From Malacoraja senta (lineage: Eukaryota), in contig CM075995.1 of the NCBI GenBank assembly GCA_038087875.1, positions 808,001 through 872,000 on the forward strand: 64,000 bases of DNA, written 5' to 3'. A program made the position numbers and the translations under genes. Positions 37,233-50,409 of the stretch are shown piece by piece. Position 1 is the stretch's first letter. The number at the start of each line of letters is the position of its first letter. A model generated the notes under the pieces. It saw nothing but the letters and a program-made list of their open reading frames with translations, was not told the origin of the DNA and searched no databases.

Positions 37233-39212
37233 TAGCTATTATAAACTGAAGTGCAAGAATGTAACATCAGTAGATTACGTAGGATACAAGGGTCGACACT
37301 CGTCTGACAAGAGGAGGTAGTTGAAGGTTGAAGTTGAGGTCTGAAAAAGGGTCTCGACCCGAAACGTCACCCGTTCCTTCTCCCCATAGATGCTGCCTGT
37401 CCCGCTGAGTTACTCCAGCATTTTGTGTCCACCTTCGATTTAAACCAGCATCAGCAGTTCTTTCCTACTAATCAAGAATCTGTCAATTCGTCTGAAGAAG
37501 GGTTTCGGCCCGAAACGTTACCTATTTCCTTCGCTCCATAGATGCTGCTGCACCCGCTGAGTTTCTCCAGCATTTTTGTCTACCTAAGAATCTGTCAATC
37601 TCTGCCTTAAAAATATCCAAAGAATTCCACAGGTTCACAACCCTCTGACAAGAGAAATTCCTCCACATCTCCTTCCTAAAGGAACGTCCTTTAATTCTGA
37701 GGCTGTGACCTCTAGTCCTAGACTCTCCCCCTCCCCCCTAATGGAAGCATCCTGTCTGTCCCGCTTAGTTAACTCGCAGCATTGTGTGTCTAGGCTGGGC
37801 TAGTAGTTGAGGCAGGTGGAAGACACACTTGGACGTGCACATGGATAGGAACGGTTTAGAAGGATGTGGGCCAAACGGGACTAGCTCAGACAGGGAGGGT
37901 TGGGGGGGGGGGGGGCATCATGGACGAGACGGGCCGAAGGGCCTGTTTACCTGACCGTGAGGAGAGCTAAATGCAAACTCACCAGGGCGGCGTTACCCGA
38001 TCGCGTTGCAACAGCACGACTCTAATTCATTCTGCAGAGCAGAAGCGGTGTCATGTATCGCTGTCGCCCCCCTGGGCTTGCGAGAGGCGAGCTCTCGGGC
38101 GCTGTGTCTAACACCGGCTCCGGCTCCGGCTCCGGCTCCAACCCCAGCTCCAGCCCCAACCACAACCCCAAAAGAAGAAACAAATCCCTTTCTCCTGTCG
38201 TGGAGCCGGGACACAAGGCGACTGGGAGCGCCGCCTGCTGATAGCAAGCAGCCTTAATACTGATGAAAGCAACCACATGAAAATCCCCAGCCAACCTTAT
38301 GTACACACACACATCTCTATCGTGGAAACAAAAACCATTTGCCCTTTCATCGCTCTTTATAATCATTAACATCAATTCATTATATATCCCCACCCCCCGT
38401 TTAATATTAAAAAAAAAATTAAACCAGGATAAACTAGCTCCCTCCACTCTCACACACACAGTGTTATATCATTGCCTTATGGGGTAGTATGTTGGCAAAG
38501 GTTTCTTGGAACCACTTTAGTTTGAACTTAACTTGGAGACTGTCAGATTGTTCTTGGCACCTCTCTCTCTGCAAGTCAGAGCACCACCGTCTGATCATTA
38601 AATCGTCACTAGTCAGTCAGAATGGCGATTCAAAGCCACCTACAACTCCTAATTTGATGAACATTTTTTGATTTTTTTTTTTGTTTTGTTAGGAAAACGT
38701 TATTAAAATCACGTTTGTCCCTGGCTTTTTAGCCCTGACAGTTTTTTTTTTGCACAATTTAGTGGGGAAAATTCCAGACGTTTGAAAAAGTCTGTACACT
38801 GTGTACATTGTGAATGACTCAATGAGATCATGTATTGTCTTTCTGTTGTAGACAAAAATGCTGGAGAAACTCAGCGGGTGAGGCAGCATCTATGGAGCGA
38901 AGGAAATAGGCAACGTTTCCAGCCGAAACCCTTCTTCAGACTTTGTCTTTCTGTTGACTGGTTAGCTAGCATGCAACAAAAGCTTGGCACGGTAAGATAC
39001 TTTATTTGTCATGTGTACCGAGGTACAGGGAAATTCATGTTTGCGTACAGTTCCGTTCAAGTAGCTGGGACATGTTGGCCGGTGTGGGCAAGTTGGGCCG
39101 AAGGGCGTATAAGCAATTAGACACATCTTAGATAAGCATCTCAGCAGCAGTACACTGAGACAGTAGACAGAGTCGCCAGTTAGGCGCCATTTTCAAGTCC
39201 CACTTGTTGTAA

Positions 39213-39390
39213 GCAAAGATCCTATAGCGGAGCAAGATAGACCACTCCTGCTAAATGCAATGGGCTGACGTGTAGTACGCAACGGAACGGAACGTGGGCC
39301 TTTTTTTCATCCATTTCCGTAACCTGACCCGACCCGACCCGACTCGCAGTGTAATCAATGTTGCTGGGGAACAGTTTGTGTTAATAAATT
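39213..39390 (+). repeat. Unclassified interspersed repeat end; reverse-complement copy at about 23170-23330
   Basis: Shared CAAAGATCCTATAG.GGAGCAAGATAGACCACTCCTGCTAAAT...CCGACCCGAC. Confidence 0.6.
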
Positions 39391-39609
39391 AAAATTCAGA
39401 AGTAGGTCATTCGGCCCATCAAGTCTACTCCATCATTCAATCATGGCTGATCTATCTTTCCCTCTCTGCACCCCATTATCCTGCCTTCTGCCCATTACCC
39501 ATGACATCTTTCCCAATCAAATGGACGATACTGGTGTTGGATAGTTTGATGTATTCAAGAGAGTTAGATATAACTCTTAGGGCTAACAGAATCTAAGGAT
39601 GTGGGGAAA

Positions 39610-40042
39610 CTTTAAGGGCTCTATCTAACTCTCTCTTGAAAGCATCCAGAGAATTGGTCTCCACTGCCTTCTGAGGCAGAAAATTCCACAGATTCACAAC
39701 TCTCTGGGTGAAAAAATGTTTTTCCTCATCTCCGTTCTAAGTGGCCTACACCTTATTTTTAAAATGCGGCCCCTGGTTCTGGACTCCCCCAACATCGGGA
39801 ACATGTTTCCTGCCTCTAGCGTGTCCAATCCCTTAATAATCTTAAATGTTTCAATAAGATGCCCTCTCATCCTTCTAAATTCCAGAGTATACAAGCTCAG
39901 TCGCTCCATTCTTTCAATATATGACAGTCCCGCCATCCCGGGAATTAACCTCGTGAACCTACGCTGCACTCTCTCAATAGCAAGAATGTCCTTCCTCAAA
40001 TTTGGGGACCAAAACTGCACACAATACTCCAGGTGTGGTCTC
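39610..40042 (-). mobile_element. CR1-clade LINE 3' fragment
   Basis: [31 protein letters not shown]. Confidence 0.85.
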
Positions 40043-41949
40043 ATCTGTGGTGGACAGGTGGACGGTGGTGCATGATAGTGATGGGTGGTCTGTGGTATTT
40101 GAGTGGTGAGTGGCAGTGGATGGGTTATGGGTGCTTCGTGGTGAATGGGTGGTGAGTGGTCCAGACAGGCATGCCACGAAAGTGGTGGACCTGGAAGAAG
40201 TCGAAGCGGCAGAAAACTACAGCACACATCATATACTGCGGAGGAAGGATCTGCAGATGCTGGTTTAAACCGAAGATAGACGCAAAAGGATGGTGTGACT
40301 CAAGGGGGGGGGGGGAGGTCAGGCAGCACCTCTGGAGAAAAGGAATAGGTGATGTTTTGGGTCGAGTCCCTTCTTCAGACTGAGAGTCAGGGAAAATGGA
40401 AACAGGCGATATGGACGAAATGTGTAGGAAGGAACTGCAGGTGCTGGTTTAAACCGACGATAGATGCAAATAGATAGATTTCATTAAGGATGAAGATAGA
40501 TTAAGGAGTAAGCCATTTAGAATGGAGACGAGGAAACACTTTTTCTCACAGAGAGTGGTGAGTCTGTGGAATTCTCTGCCTCAGAGGGTGGTGGAGGCAG
40601 GTTCTCTGGATGCTTTCAAGAGAGAGCTAGATAGGGCTCTTAAAAATAGCAGAGTCAGGGGATATGGGGAGAAGGCAGGAACGGGGGTACTGATTGTGGA
40701 TGATCAGCCATGATCACAGTGAATGACGGTGCTGGCTCGAAGGGCCAAATAGCTTACTCCTGCACCTATTGTCTATTGTCTATTGTCAAAATGCTGGAGC
40801 AACTCAGACGGTTATATGGAGAGATATAGAACAAATGAATGAAAGATATGCAAAAAGTAATGATGATCAAGGAAAGGTGGAGCCCACAATGGTCCATTGT
40901 TGTCTGTGGGCCAGGTGATAACGTGTTATACAGACAGTGAAACTCAACAGGATGACAGTGAAACTAGTATGATGACTAGGGTGGCGGGGGAGGGATGGAG
41001 AGAGGGGATGCAAGGATTATGTGGTTAGAGAAATCAAAGTTCCCAAGTTCCCAAGTTATAGGATGGAATTAGTCTAATAATCGAGTCTACTCCGCCATTC
41101 AATCATGGCTGATCTCTGCCTCCTAATTCAATTTTCCTGCCTTCTCCTCATAACTCTTGACACCCACGTTCTAATCAAGAATTTGTCTATCTCTCCCTTA
41201 AAAATGTCCACTGACGGTCTCCACAGCCCTCTGCGGAACTGAGTTCCACAGGTTAGTTACCCTCTGACTAAAGAAGTTCGTCATCACCTCCTTTGCAGAT
41301 GCTGGTTTACACCGAAGATAGACACAAAATGCTGGAGTAACTGAACGGGTCAGGCAGCATCTCTGGAGAAAAGGAATGGGTGATGTTTTGGGTCGAGGCC
41401 CTTCTTCAGACTAAGTCAGGGGAGAGGAAAAACGAAAGATATGAAACGGTACAAAGGTATGCAAAAGGACAAACTTAAGCCATCAACGATAACGGCACGG
41501 TGGCGCAGCGGTATAGTCGCTGCCTTACAGCGCTTGCAACGCCGAAGACCCGGGTTCGGTCCCGACTACGGGTGCTGTCTGTACGGAGTTTGTACGTTCT
41601 CCCCGTGACTGCGTGGGTTTTCTCCGAGATCTTCGGTTTCCTCCCACACTCCAAAGACGTACAGGTATATAGGTTAATTGGCTTGGTGTAGTGTAAATAG
41701 TCCCAAGTGTGCGTAGGATAGTGTTAATCTGCGAGGATCGCTGGTCGGAGTGTATTTGGTGGGCCAAAGGGCCTGTTTCCGCGCACTGTATCTCTAAAAC
41801 TAATCCTAAAATCAAACGATGACCATGGAAGGGCAGAGCTCACAATGGTCCATTGTTGGCTGTGGTCCAGGTGTGAACGAGTAGACAATGAGGCTCAACA
41901 AGACGACTTTGAAGCTGCTATGACATGGCTGGGGGAGGGATTGGTCGGT

Positions 41950-42797
41950 GGGGTCACTGCGAGTCGACTGCCCTGCCAGCAGCGTGTTCGTTATTTTGAT
42001 TTTTTTTGTTTTTTGTTAGTGTGTCCAAATGTTTGTTTTAGTGTCTCTCGGTGTTTCTTGTGTAGGGGGTGGTGAGGGGCGAAAAAGGGGGGAACAGCTT
42101 TCGGTCGCCTCCTCGTCGGAGAGGCGACTTTTTCCATGTCGCCTCCCTCGTGGCCTAACAGCTTGGTTTGGAACGACCTTACCCGGAGTCGGGCTCAGAG
42201 CTTCAGCAGCGGGCGCAGCGTGGACTTTTCCATCGCGGAGCAGGGCGAACCCTTGCCGGGAGTCGCCAGTGAGGAGTGCTCCGATCACTGGCCCGGTGAC
42301 TTTGTCATCATGGGGCTGTGGTCTGCGGAGCTTCTAGCCGCGGGTGTGGCGTGGACTTACCATCCAGAGTCTGGGATCCCTTTCCGGGGATCGCCGGGGA
42401 AGAGCTCCGACCGCCGGCCTGCCTGCGGCCTATAACATCCTGAAGCTGCGGTCTCCGGTAGGAAAGTGCCGATTCGGACACTCCAAGCCGCGGAGTGTGT
42501 TCGACCGTCCCGATGTCGGAGTTTGGATCATCCCGACGAGAGGGCCTGTACATCCGGCCGTGTGTAGCGACGACTAGGGAGGGTTTATGGCCCCGACCAC
42601 GGGTGAACAAAGGAGGAGGACTGGCTGAACTTTGTTGCCTTCCATCACAGTGAAGAATGCTGTGGTGGATGTTTGTGTTAAATCTCATTGTGTATTGTGT
42701 GTTCTTTTTAAGTGTATCGCTGCTGGCAAATTCATTTCACTGCACCTTCGGGTGGATGCGACGAATAAAATGGACTTTTGACTTTGACTTTGACCTT
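41950..42797 (+). mobile_element. Unclassified CpG-rich non-autonomous retroposon with LINE-like tail
   Basis: Interrupts a Penelope fragment and ends TTTCACTGCACC...AATAAA + (GACTTT)n. No credible ORF. Confidence 0.5.
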
Positions 42798-42799
42798 TG

Positions 42800-43297
42800 A
42801 GGGAGGGAAAGCAAGGGTTATTTGAAGTTAGTGAAATCAATACTCGTAGTATTTAAGCTGCCCAAGCAAAATATGAGGTGCCGTTCCTCCAATTTGCATT
42901 TGGCCTCACTCTGACAGTGGAGGAGGCCCAGGACAGAAATGTCAGTGTGGGAATGGGAAGGGGAGTTAAAGTGTGTGGCAACCGGGAGATTGTGTGGGCC
43001 AATGTGGACTGATCGGAGGTGTTCAGCGAAACGATCGCCGAGCCTATGCATGGTCTCGCCGACATATAGGTGTCCACACGTGGAACAGCGGATACAGTGG
43101 AAACATAGAAACATAGAACATAGGTGCAGGAGCAGGCCATTTGGCCCAGCATCGCCATTCAGTACCCCGTTCCTGCTTTTTCAACATATCCCTGATTCTG
43201 TTAGCCCTAAGAGCTAAATCTAACTCTTTCTTGAATACATGAGGTTTGAGGAGGTGCAAGTGAACCTCTGTTTCACCTGAAAGGACTGTCGGGGTCA
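42800..43297 (-). mobile_element. Degenerate Penelope-like GIY-YIG fragment interrupted by a CR1 tail
   Basis: CIRCSTCGHLYVGETMHRLGDRFAEH on the minus strand. Confidence 0.8.
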
Positions 43298-43307
43298 ATT
43301 AACAGAG

Positions 43308-43912
43308 ACAATAGACAATAGGTGCAGGAATAGGCCATTCGGCCCTTCGAGCCAGCACCGCCATTCAATGTGATCATGGCTGATCATCCCAATCAGTACC
43401 CCATTCCTGCCTTCTCCCCATATCCCCTGACTCCGCTATTTTTAAGAGCCCTATCTAGCTCTCTCTTGAAAGCATCCAGAGAACCTGCCTCCACCACCCT
43501 CTGAGGCAGAGAATTCCACAGACTCACCACTCTCTGTGAGAAAAAGTGTTTCCTCGTCTCCGTTCGAAATGGCTTACTCCTTATTCTTAAACTGTGGCCC
43601 CTGGTTCTGGACTCCCCCAACATCGGGAACATGTTTCCTGCCTCTAGCGAGTCCAAACCCTTAACAATCTTATATGTTTCAATGAGATACCCTCTCATCC
43701 TTCTAAACCCCAGAGTGTACAAGCCCAGCCGCTCCATTCTCTCAGCATATGACAGTCCCGCCATCCCGGGAATTAACCTTGTAAACCTACGCTGCACTCC
43801 CTCAATAGCAGGAATGTCCTTCCTTAAATTAGGGGACCAAAACTGCGCACAATACTCCAGGTGTGGTCTCACTAGGGCTCTGTACAACTGCAGAAGGACC
43901 TCTTTGCTCCTA
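43308..43912 (-). mobile_element. CR1-clade LINE 3' fragment
   Basis: [18 protein letters not shown]...RTRGHSL...WNSLP (ORF 43393-43887) with (ACAATAG)n tail. Confidence 0.9.
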
Positions 43913-46567
43913 TATTTGATGCAGGTGGTATAGGGACAGGTGTTGCATCTCCTGCGGTTAGAGTTTGTTTCTGTTGATGCTGTTTATTGCCACTGTTCAT
44001 ATTCCAAAATGGGACAAATAGCAGCATAGGGCGGCACGGTGGCGCAGCGGTTTCGACCCCGGCTACGGGTGCTGTCTGTACGGAGTTGGTACGTTCTCCC
44101 CACGAGTTTTCTCCGAGATCTTTTTCAGTTTCCACCCACACTCCAAAGACGTGCAGGTTTGTAGGTTCATTGGCTAGGCATAAATGTGAATTGTCCCTGG
44201 TGTCTGTGGCGAGAATCGTTGGTCGGCGCGGACTCGCTGGGACGAACGACCTGGTTCCACGCTGTATCTCTAAACTAAACTCAAAAAGGTAGCAAATACA
44301 ACGTACAGAACTGGCCATTGGATGAATCTAGTTCAATGCAGTGCTGGCTCGAAGGGCCGAATGGCCTACTCCTGCACCTGTTGTCTATAGTTCTGTAATG
44401 ATTATTACCTTCTTTAACGTAATGTTATTCTGGGTATAAATACCCATTACAAACTAAATCATTTAGTGATGTATATAACACGCTATCAAATTAAGAGTGC
44501 AGCAGAAACTTTGTTAATAAAATAAAAACAGAGCAATAAGGTAGCCTTTGGCATTTAACGTAAAAAATATATATATATTTAGTGAAGCCATCCAAAATGC
44601 TAAGCGGTTTTAAAATGAGTAACTGATACCTGATATCTTTGGAAATGAAACCAAAGAAACAAATTCAATATCCATTTAAATTAAACAATGCCACAGTTTC
44701 CATGGCGCTAATTCTAAAAAAGTAATCTTAAACTCAGGACTGTTCAATTTTTAATTAGCAAAGGCATCGAACAATATAAGGAGCCGATTTCTATTGTGTG
44801 TGCTTGCAGCCATCAATGGGTCGAGTCAGTAACACCAGAGTTAAAAGATTGAGTTATAGATGACGTTAACTGCTGAAGGTTGTCTAAGTGCCTGCGAGTG
44901 TTTTTTTGTGTTCACAGACTGTGATATATTAGACTTGCCTCGGAGAGAACAATTAGGAATATTTGAACAGGAACGAGCTGGAAAGGGTTCGGAGAAGATT
45001 TACGAGGATGTTGCCAGGACCAGAGGGTCTGAGGTATAGGGAGAGGTTGAGTAGGCTGGGACTCTATTCTGGGGAGTGTTGTGGAGCAGAGGGATCTAGG
45101 AGTGCAGGTGCATGGTTCCTTGGAGATCGAGTCACAGGTCACGTTGCAGTTGTACAAGACGTTGGTGAGGCCGCATTTAGAGTATTGTGTTCAATTCTGG
45201 GCACCGCGTTATAAGAAAGATGTTGCCAAGCTGGGAAAAGGTACGGAGAATATTTACCAGGATGTTGCCAGGACTAGAGGGTCTGAGCTATAGGGGGAGG
45301 TTGAGTAGGCTGGGACTCCTTGGAGCGCAGGAGGATGAGCGGTGATCTTATAGAGGTGTACAAAATCAGGAGAGGAATAGATCGGCTTGATGCACAGAGT
45401 CTCTTGCCCAGAGTAGGGGAATCGAGGACCAGAGGACATGGGTTTAAGGTGAAAGGGATTTAACAAGAATCTGAGGGGTCACTTTTTCACACAAAGGGTG
45501 GTGGGTGTATGGAACGAGCTGCCAGAGGAGGTAGTTGAGGCAGGGACTATCCCAACGTTTAAGAAACATTTAGATAGCTGAATGAATGAATGCATACTTT
45601 ATTGTCACATGTGACACGTCACTGTGAGATTCTTTGCTTCCAAGGTATGCAAATAGTCGCTACATAAAGGGCAAAGTTACAAAGTATCCCACGCCAGGAA
45701 GGATAGGACGGGTTTGGAAGGATATGGACCAAATGGGGGCAGGTGGTACCAGTGTACTGGGATATTTTGGCCAGTGGGGGCAAGGTGGGCCAAAGGGCCT
45801 GAATCCACGCTGTATCACTCCATGACTCTATGACACTTAACCAGATATTCTGTTCATTTAGATTAATCTCACATTGTGGTATTCCTCTGGCGAAATGTCT
45901 TACAACTCGTGCAATCTTTTCAGTTTAGTGTAGTTTAGAGATACAGCGTGGACAAAGACCCTTCGGCCCACTGAGTCTGTGCCGACCAGCGATCCCCCAC
46001 ACACTAGCACTATCCCACACACACAGGGAACTACTTACAATTATACCAAACCAATTAGCCGACAAAACTGTACGTCTTTGGAGTGTGGGAGGAAACTGGA
46101 GATCCCGGAGAAAACCCACGCAGGACACAGGGAGAACGTGCAAACTCCCTACATACAGCACCCATAGTCAGGATCAAACCCAGGTCTCTGGCGCTGTAAG
46201 GCAGCAACTCTACCACTGCGCCACCGTGCCAAATCTTTTGTTTAGATTCAACCTTGGAATGTGTGTGTATCGTTGTGAAGCAATTCTTACCACCAATATC
46301 TGACTGCTCTTGAGAAAATGGTGAACAACTAACTTCCTGAACCACTGTACCTTTCTGTGGAGTTATTCCCACATCTTAATTGGGAAGGGGATTCCAGGAT
46401 TTGGACCTGGTGGCGATGAAGTAACATTAACATATTTTGACATTATTTCTCGCTGACATTCTGTTATGAGGCTTCTGAATGGATCTAACGTAAACTAGTG
46501 TACTGTGCAGGAAGGAACTGCAAATGTAGATTATTACACCAAAGATAGACACAAAATGCTGGAGTCA

Positions 46568-47158
46568 TGGGCCTGTCCCACTTAGGCGACTTTTTAGACG
46601 ACTGCAGGAGACGACTGCAGGAGATGACTGCAGGAGACTATGCAGTCGCCACATGTTCGCCACATGTTCGCGGGTGGTTGCCGGGTCGTGAGGAGTTCCC
46701 GCATTCTGGGAACTAGAATGAAGCCGCCATGGAGAGTAGCGAGAATTCTCGTGCCAGGAGGTCGAAGGTTCTCGTAGGTTGTAGCCGGTGCTGACTGGTG
46801 AATTTCATTGGCTCATTGGGGAATAAAAAAGTAAGCAGTAGTTTTCAGAACCAAGGATAACCGACCGGTAATGTTAAATGTCCGCCGAGCTTCGCAGCCG
46901 TGTATCTCTGGCTTCTTAAAAGTTGTCTCCACTCCTTCTCCCCCCCCTCTTTTAAAGGACTTACCATACACTGTGCTTTCGCCGTCTTAATTACAGCACC
47001 AACCTTCCTGTTCATCGCGGTGTGTGTTTGTATCACATTGGCTTTCCACCGTGTGAATTTCACTCAGACAGCGCTCCCCCCGCTTGCCCTGTCCCCCACC
47101 TGCATAACGGGCGTGTGTGTGTGTGTGTGTACGTATGTGTTCCACTCTGACAGTCGCC
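46568..47158. mobile_element. Harbinger-like MITE, right end truncated
   Basis: Left TIR GGGCCTGTCCCACTTAGGCGACT; only AGTCGCC remains at the right end. Confidence 0.55.
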
Positions 47159-47404
47159 GTGTATCACTCTCTGACTCTATGACTCCCATCATACCAAAGA
47201 CTAATAATTCATGCCTGCAAATACTGTGAATCTTACCCGTTCGCTTCCTGCCGCTTGCAGTGTACAGTTCCGTCAATGGGGGGAAGGTTAAAAGATATGT
47301 TACGCAGTGGCCTCGACAGCTGATCCACAACATAACTACTATGACACCGATGAGGATCAGCTTGTGCAAAGTAGCTGTGACTCAGATGTTGGGATGTGTT
47401 CCGA

Positions 47405-47950
47405 TTGTGAGCAGCTTTGGGCTCCAAATCTGAGGAAGGATGTGCTGGCTCTGGAGAGGGTCCAGAGGAGGTTTACAAGAATGATTCCTTGGAATGATTG
47501 GGTTAACATATGATGAGCATTTGAAGGCAGTGGGCCTGTACTCGCTGGTGGTTAGAAGGATGAGGGGGGACCTCATTGAATCATACCGAATAGTGAAAGG
47601 CCTGGATAGAGTGGATGTGAAGGGGATATTTTTACTAGAGGGAGAGTCTGGGACCAGGGGCCACAGCCTCAGAATAAAAGGACGTACATTTAAAAGGGAG
47701 ATGAGGAGGAATTTCTTTAGTCAGAGGGTGCTGAATCTGTGGAATTCATTGCCACAGACATCTGTGGAGGCTGTCAATTGATATTTTTAAGGCGGAGATT
47801 GACAGATTCTTGATTAGTGCGGGTGTCAGGGGTTATGGGGAGAAGGCCATAGAGAAGCAGGAGATTGGGGTTTGGAGGGAGAGATAGATCAGCCATGATT
47901 GAATGGCGGAGTAAACTTAATGGGCCGAATGGCCTAATTCTGCTCCTATA
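47405..47950 (+). mobile_element. CR1-clade LINE 3' fragment
   Basis: WAPNLRKDVLALERVQRRFTR...WNSLP. Confidence 0.8.
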
Positions 47951-49579
47951 ACGTAGGGCACAAAATGCTGGAGCATCTCTGGAGAAAAGGAACAGGTGAC
48001 GTTTTGGGTCGAGACCCTTCTTCAGACTGAGAGTCAGGGGAGAGTGAAAAGGTACAGAACAGATCAGAGCCAGCACCGATGGTCAAGGAGCCCACAATGG
48101 TCCATTGTTGGCTGTGGAGGAGGTGATAACGACTCCGGTGGGGGCACGCCTACTTTGAAGAAGGTCTCTCCTCTCTGACGAGAGTTCTGCAACACCCTCT
48201 CTCGCTGCTCACCCTCCGTGACTTCCCTGACGCTCAGTCTGAAGACCTCAGTCGAGACCCGAAACCCGAAACGTCACCCATCCCTTCTCTCCAGAGATGC
48301 TGCCGGTCCCGCTGAGTTACTCCAGCATTTTCTATCTATCTTCGGTGTAAACCAGCATTGTGGAAACATACAGAATAGGGAAAGGCTTAGATAGAGAGGA
48401 TGTTTCCACTTGTGGGAGAGTCTAGGACTAGAGGCCATAGCCTCAGAATTAAAGGACGTTAAAGGAGGTGAGAAAAAACGTTTTCACCCAGAGAGTTGTG
48501 AATTTATGGAATTCCCTGCCACAGAGGGCAGTGGAGGCCAAATCACTGGATGGATTTAAGAGAGCGTTAGATAGAGCTCAAGGGGCTAGTGGAGTCAAGG
48601 GATATGGGGAGAAGGCAGGCACGGGTTATTGATAGGGGATGATCAGCCATGATCACAATGAATGGCGGTGCTGGCTCGAAGGGGCGAATGGCCTCCTCCA
48701 GCACCTATTTTCTATGTTTCTATGTTTCTATGTTATGGGGAGAAATGTCTATAGTCAGAGGGTGGTGAATCTGTGGAATTCTTTGCCACAGAAGGCTGTG
48801 AAGGCCAAGTCAATGGATATTTATAAGGCAGAGATAGATTCTTCATTAGTACGGGTGTTGGGCGTTATGGGGAGAAGGCAGGAGAATGGGGTTAGGAGGG
48901 AGAGATAGATAATGACGGGCCGAATGGCTTAATTCCTTACGACCTCACGACCTTATGACTTTATGAGCATCTGCAGTTCCTTCCTAAACAATTGACACTA
49001 CATTCACTGCAGCAGCCTTGGGATTCGACTGGATCGAGTGCCACTCCGGGAGACCGAGCGCGCGGACCGGACGTGACCTGTAGCGGCACGGAGCGGTGGA
49101 AAATGCCGACCCTGCAACACCGCCAGGTCAACGGGCCTTCATGGTCAGCTGCAACTTGGACTTTGAAAATGGTTCCAAAAAAAACGGCGACTTTCGTTAA
49201 TGGTTGTTTCTATACACGTTGTACTTAATCTGGGATTGTGCTTATGTATATTAGTCATCTACTAATTATATGCAACAACAACAAAAAATTTCACTGCACC
49301 TCGGTACTTTTAGCTTAGTTCAGAGACACAGCGTGGAAACAGGCCCTTCGGCCCACCGAGTCCGTGCCGACCAGCGATCCCCCGCACATTAACACTGCCC
49401 TACACACACCAAGGGACAATTTACATTTACACCAAGCCAATTAACCTACAAACCTGTACGTCTTTGGAGTGTGGGAGGAACCTGAAGATCTCAGAGAAAA
49501 CCCACAGGGTCACTCCGTACAGACAGCACCCAAAGTCAGGATCGAACCCAGGTCTCTGGCGCTGCAAGCACTTAAAAAA

Positions 49580-49813
49580 ATGCCCCTGTCCCACTTAGGA
49601 AACCTGAACGGAAACCTCTGGAGTCTTTGCGCCCCACCCAAGGTTTCCTTGCGGTTCCCGTAGGTTCCCGGAGGTTTTTGTCAGTCTCCCTACCTGCTTC
49701 CACTACCTGCAACCTCCGGCAACCACCTGCAACCTCCGGGAAACGCACGGAAACCTTGGGTGGGGCGCAAAGTCTCCAGAGGTTTCTGTTCAGGTTTCCT
49801 AAGTGGGACAGGG
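49580..49813. mobile_element. Harbinger-like MITE inserted in a V-SINE
   Basis: Long TIRs CCCTGTCCCACTTAGGAAACCTGAAC ... GTTCAGGTTTCCTAAGTGGGACAGGG. Confidence 0.7.
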
Positions 49814-49974
49814 CGGCAACAACTTACCGCTGCACCACCATGCCGCACAAAATAATAAATAACCATTGACCCATCGATTGAACCATGTATTATGGATGAC
49901 ACTCATTATCACACACTTCCCTCCTAATTAATATTTAATTAATTATTTTGGCTTTAGTCTTTCCCACTTTCAAG

Positions 49975-50270
49975 GGGGGGCACGGTGGTGCAGCGGTAGA
50001 GTTGCTGCCTTACAGCGCCAGAGACCCGGGTTCGATCCTGACTACGGGTGCTGTCTGTACGGAGTTTGTACGTTCTCCCGTGACCTGCGTGGGTTTTCTC
50101 CGGGTGCTCCGGTTTCCTCCCACACTGCAAAGACGTACAGGTTTGTTGGTTAACTGCCTCAGTAAAATTGTAAATTGCCCCTAGTGTGTGTAGGATAGTG
50201 TTAATGTGCAGGGATCGTCGGTCGGCGCGGACTGGGTGGGCCCGACAGCCTGTATCTTTAAACTAAACTT
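49975..50270 (+). mobile_element. tRNA-derived V-SINE (HE1-like). Other copies at about 8495-8765(-), 11140-11420(-), 11630-11925(+), 13125-13370(+), 14290-14510(+), 31085-31253(-), 31512-31818(+), 32950-33270(-), 41493-41810(+), 44030-44280(+), 45923-46230(-), 49310-49845(-), 53190-53485(+), 60885-61020(-)
   Basis: A box GGTGGTGCAGCGG, B box GGTTCGATCC, V-domain core GGAGTTTGTACGTTCTCCC...CCGGTTTCCTCCCACA, CR1-like 3' end and (AAACT)n tail. Confidence 0.85.
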
Positions 50271-50409
50271 AAACACTCTATACAGAAGTTTGTTTCCACA
50301 TTGACAACTTCTTTCATGTGTTGAAAAATTGATTTAAAAACATTGATAATTTATTCCGTAATTAAGCACTTTATTCAAACATTGAGAGGTTTGCTCCATG
50401 CGTTTAAAC

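Noticed and set aside
38006..38257. 83-aa ORF with PAPAPAP repeat
   Set aside because: Driven by a hexamer repeat, with a non-ATG start, no recognisable homology and no plus-strand exon structure.
41493..41570. tRNA-like sequence with A and B boxes
   Set aside because: It is the head of a V-SINE, followed by the V-domain and tail; not a tRNA gene.
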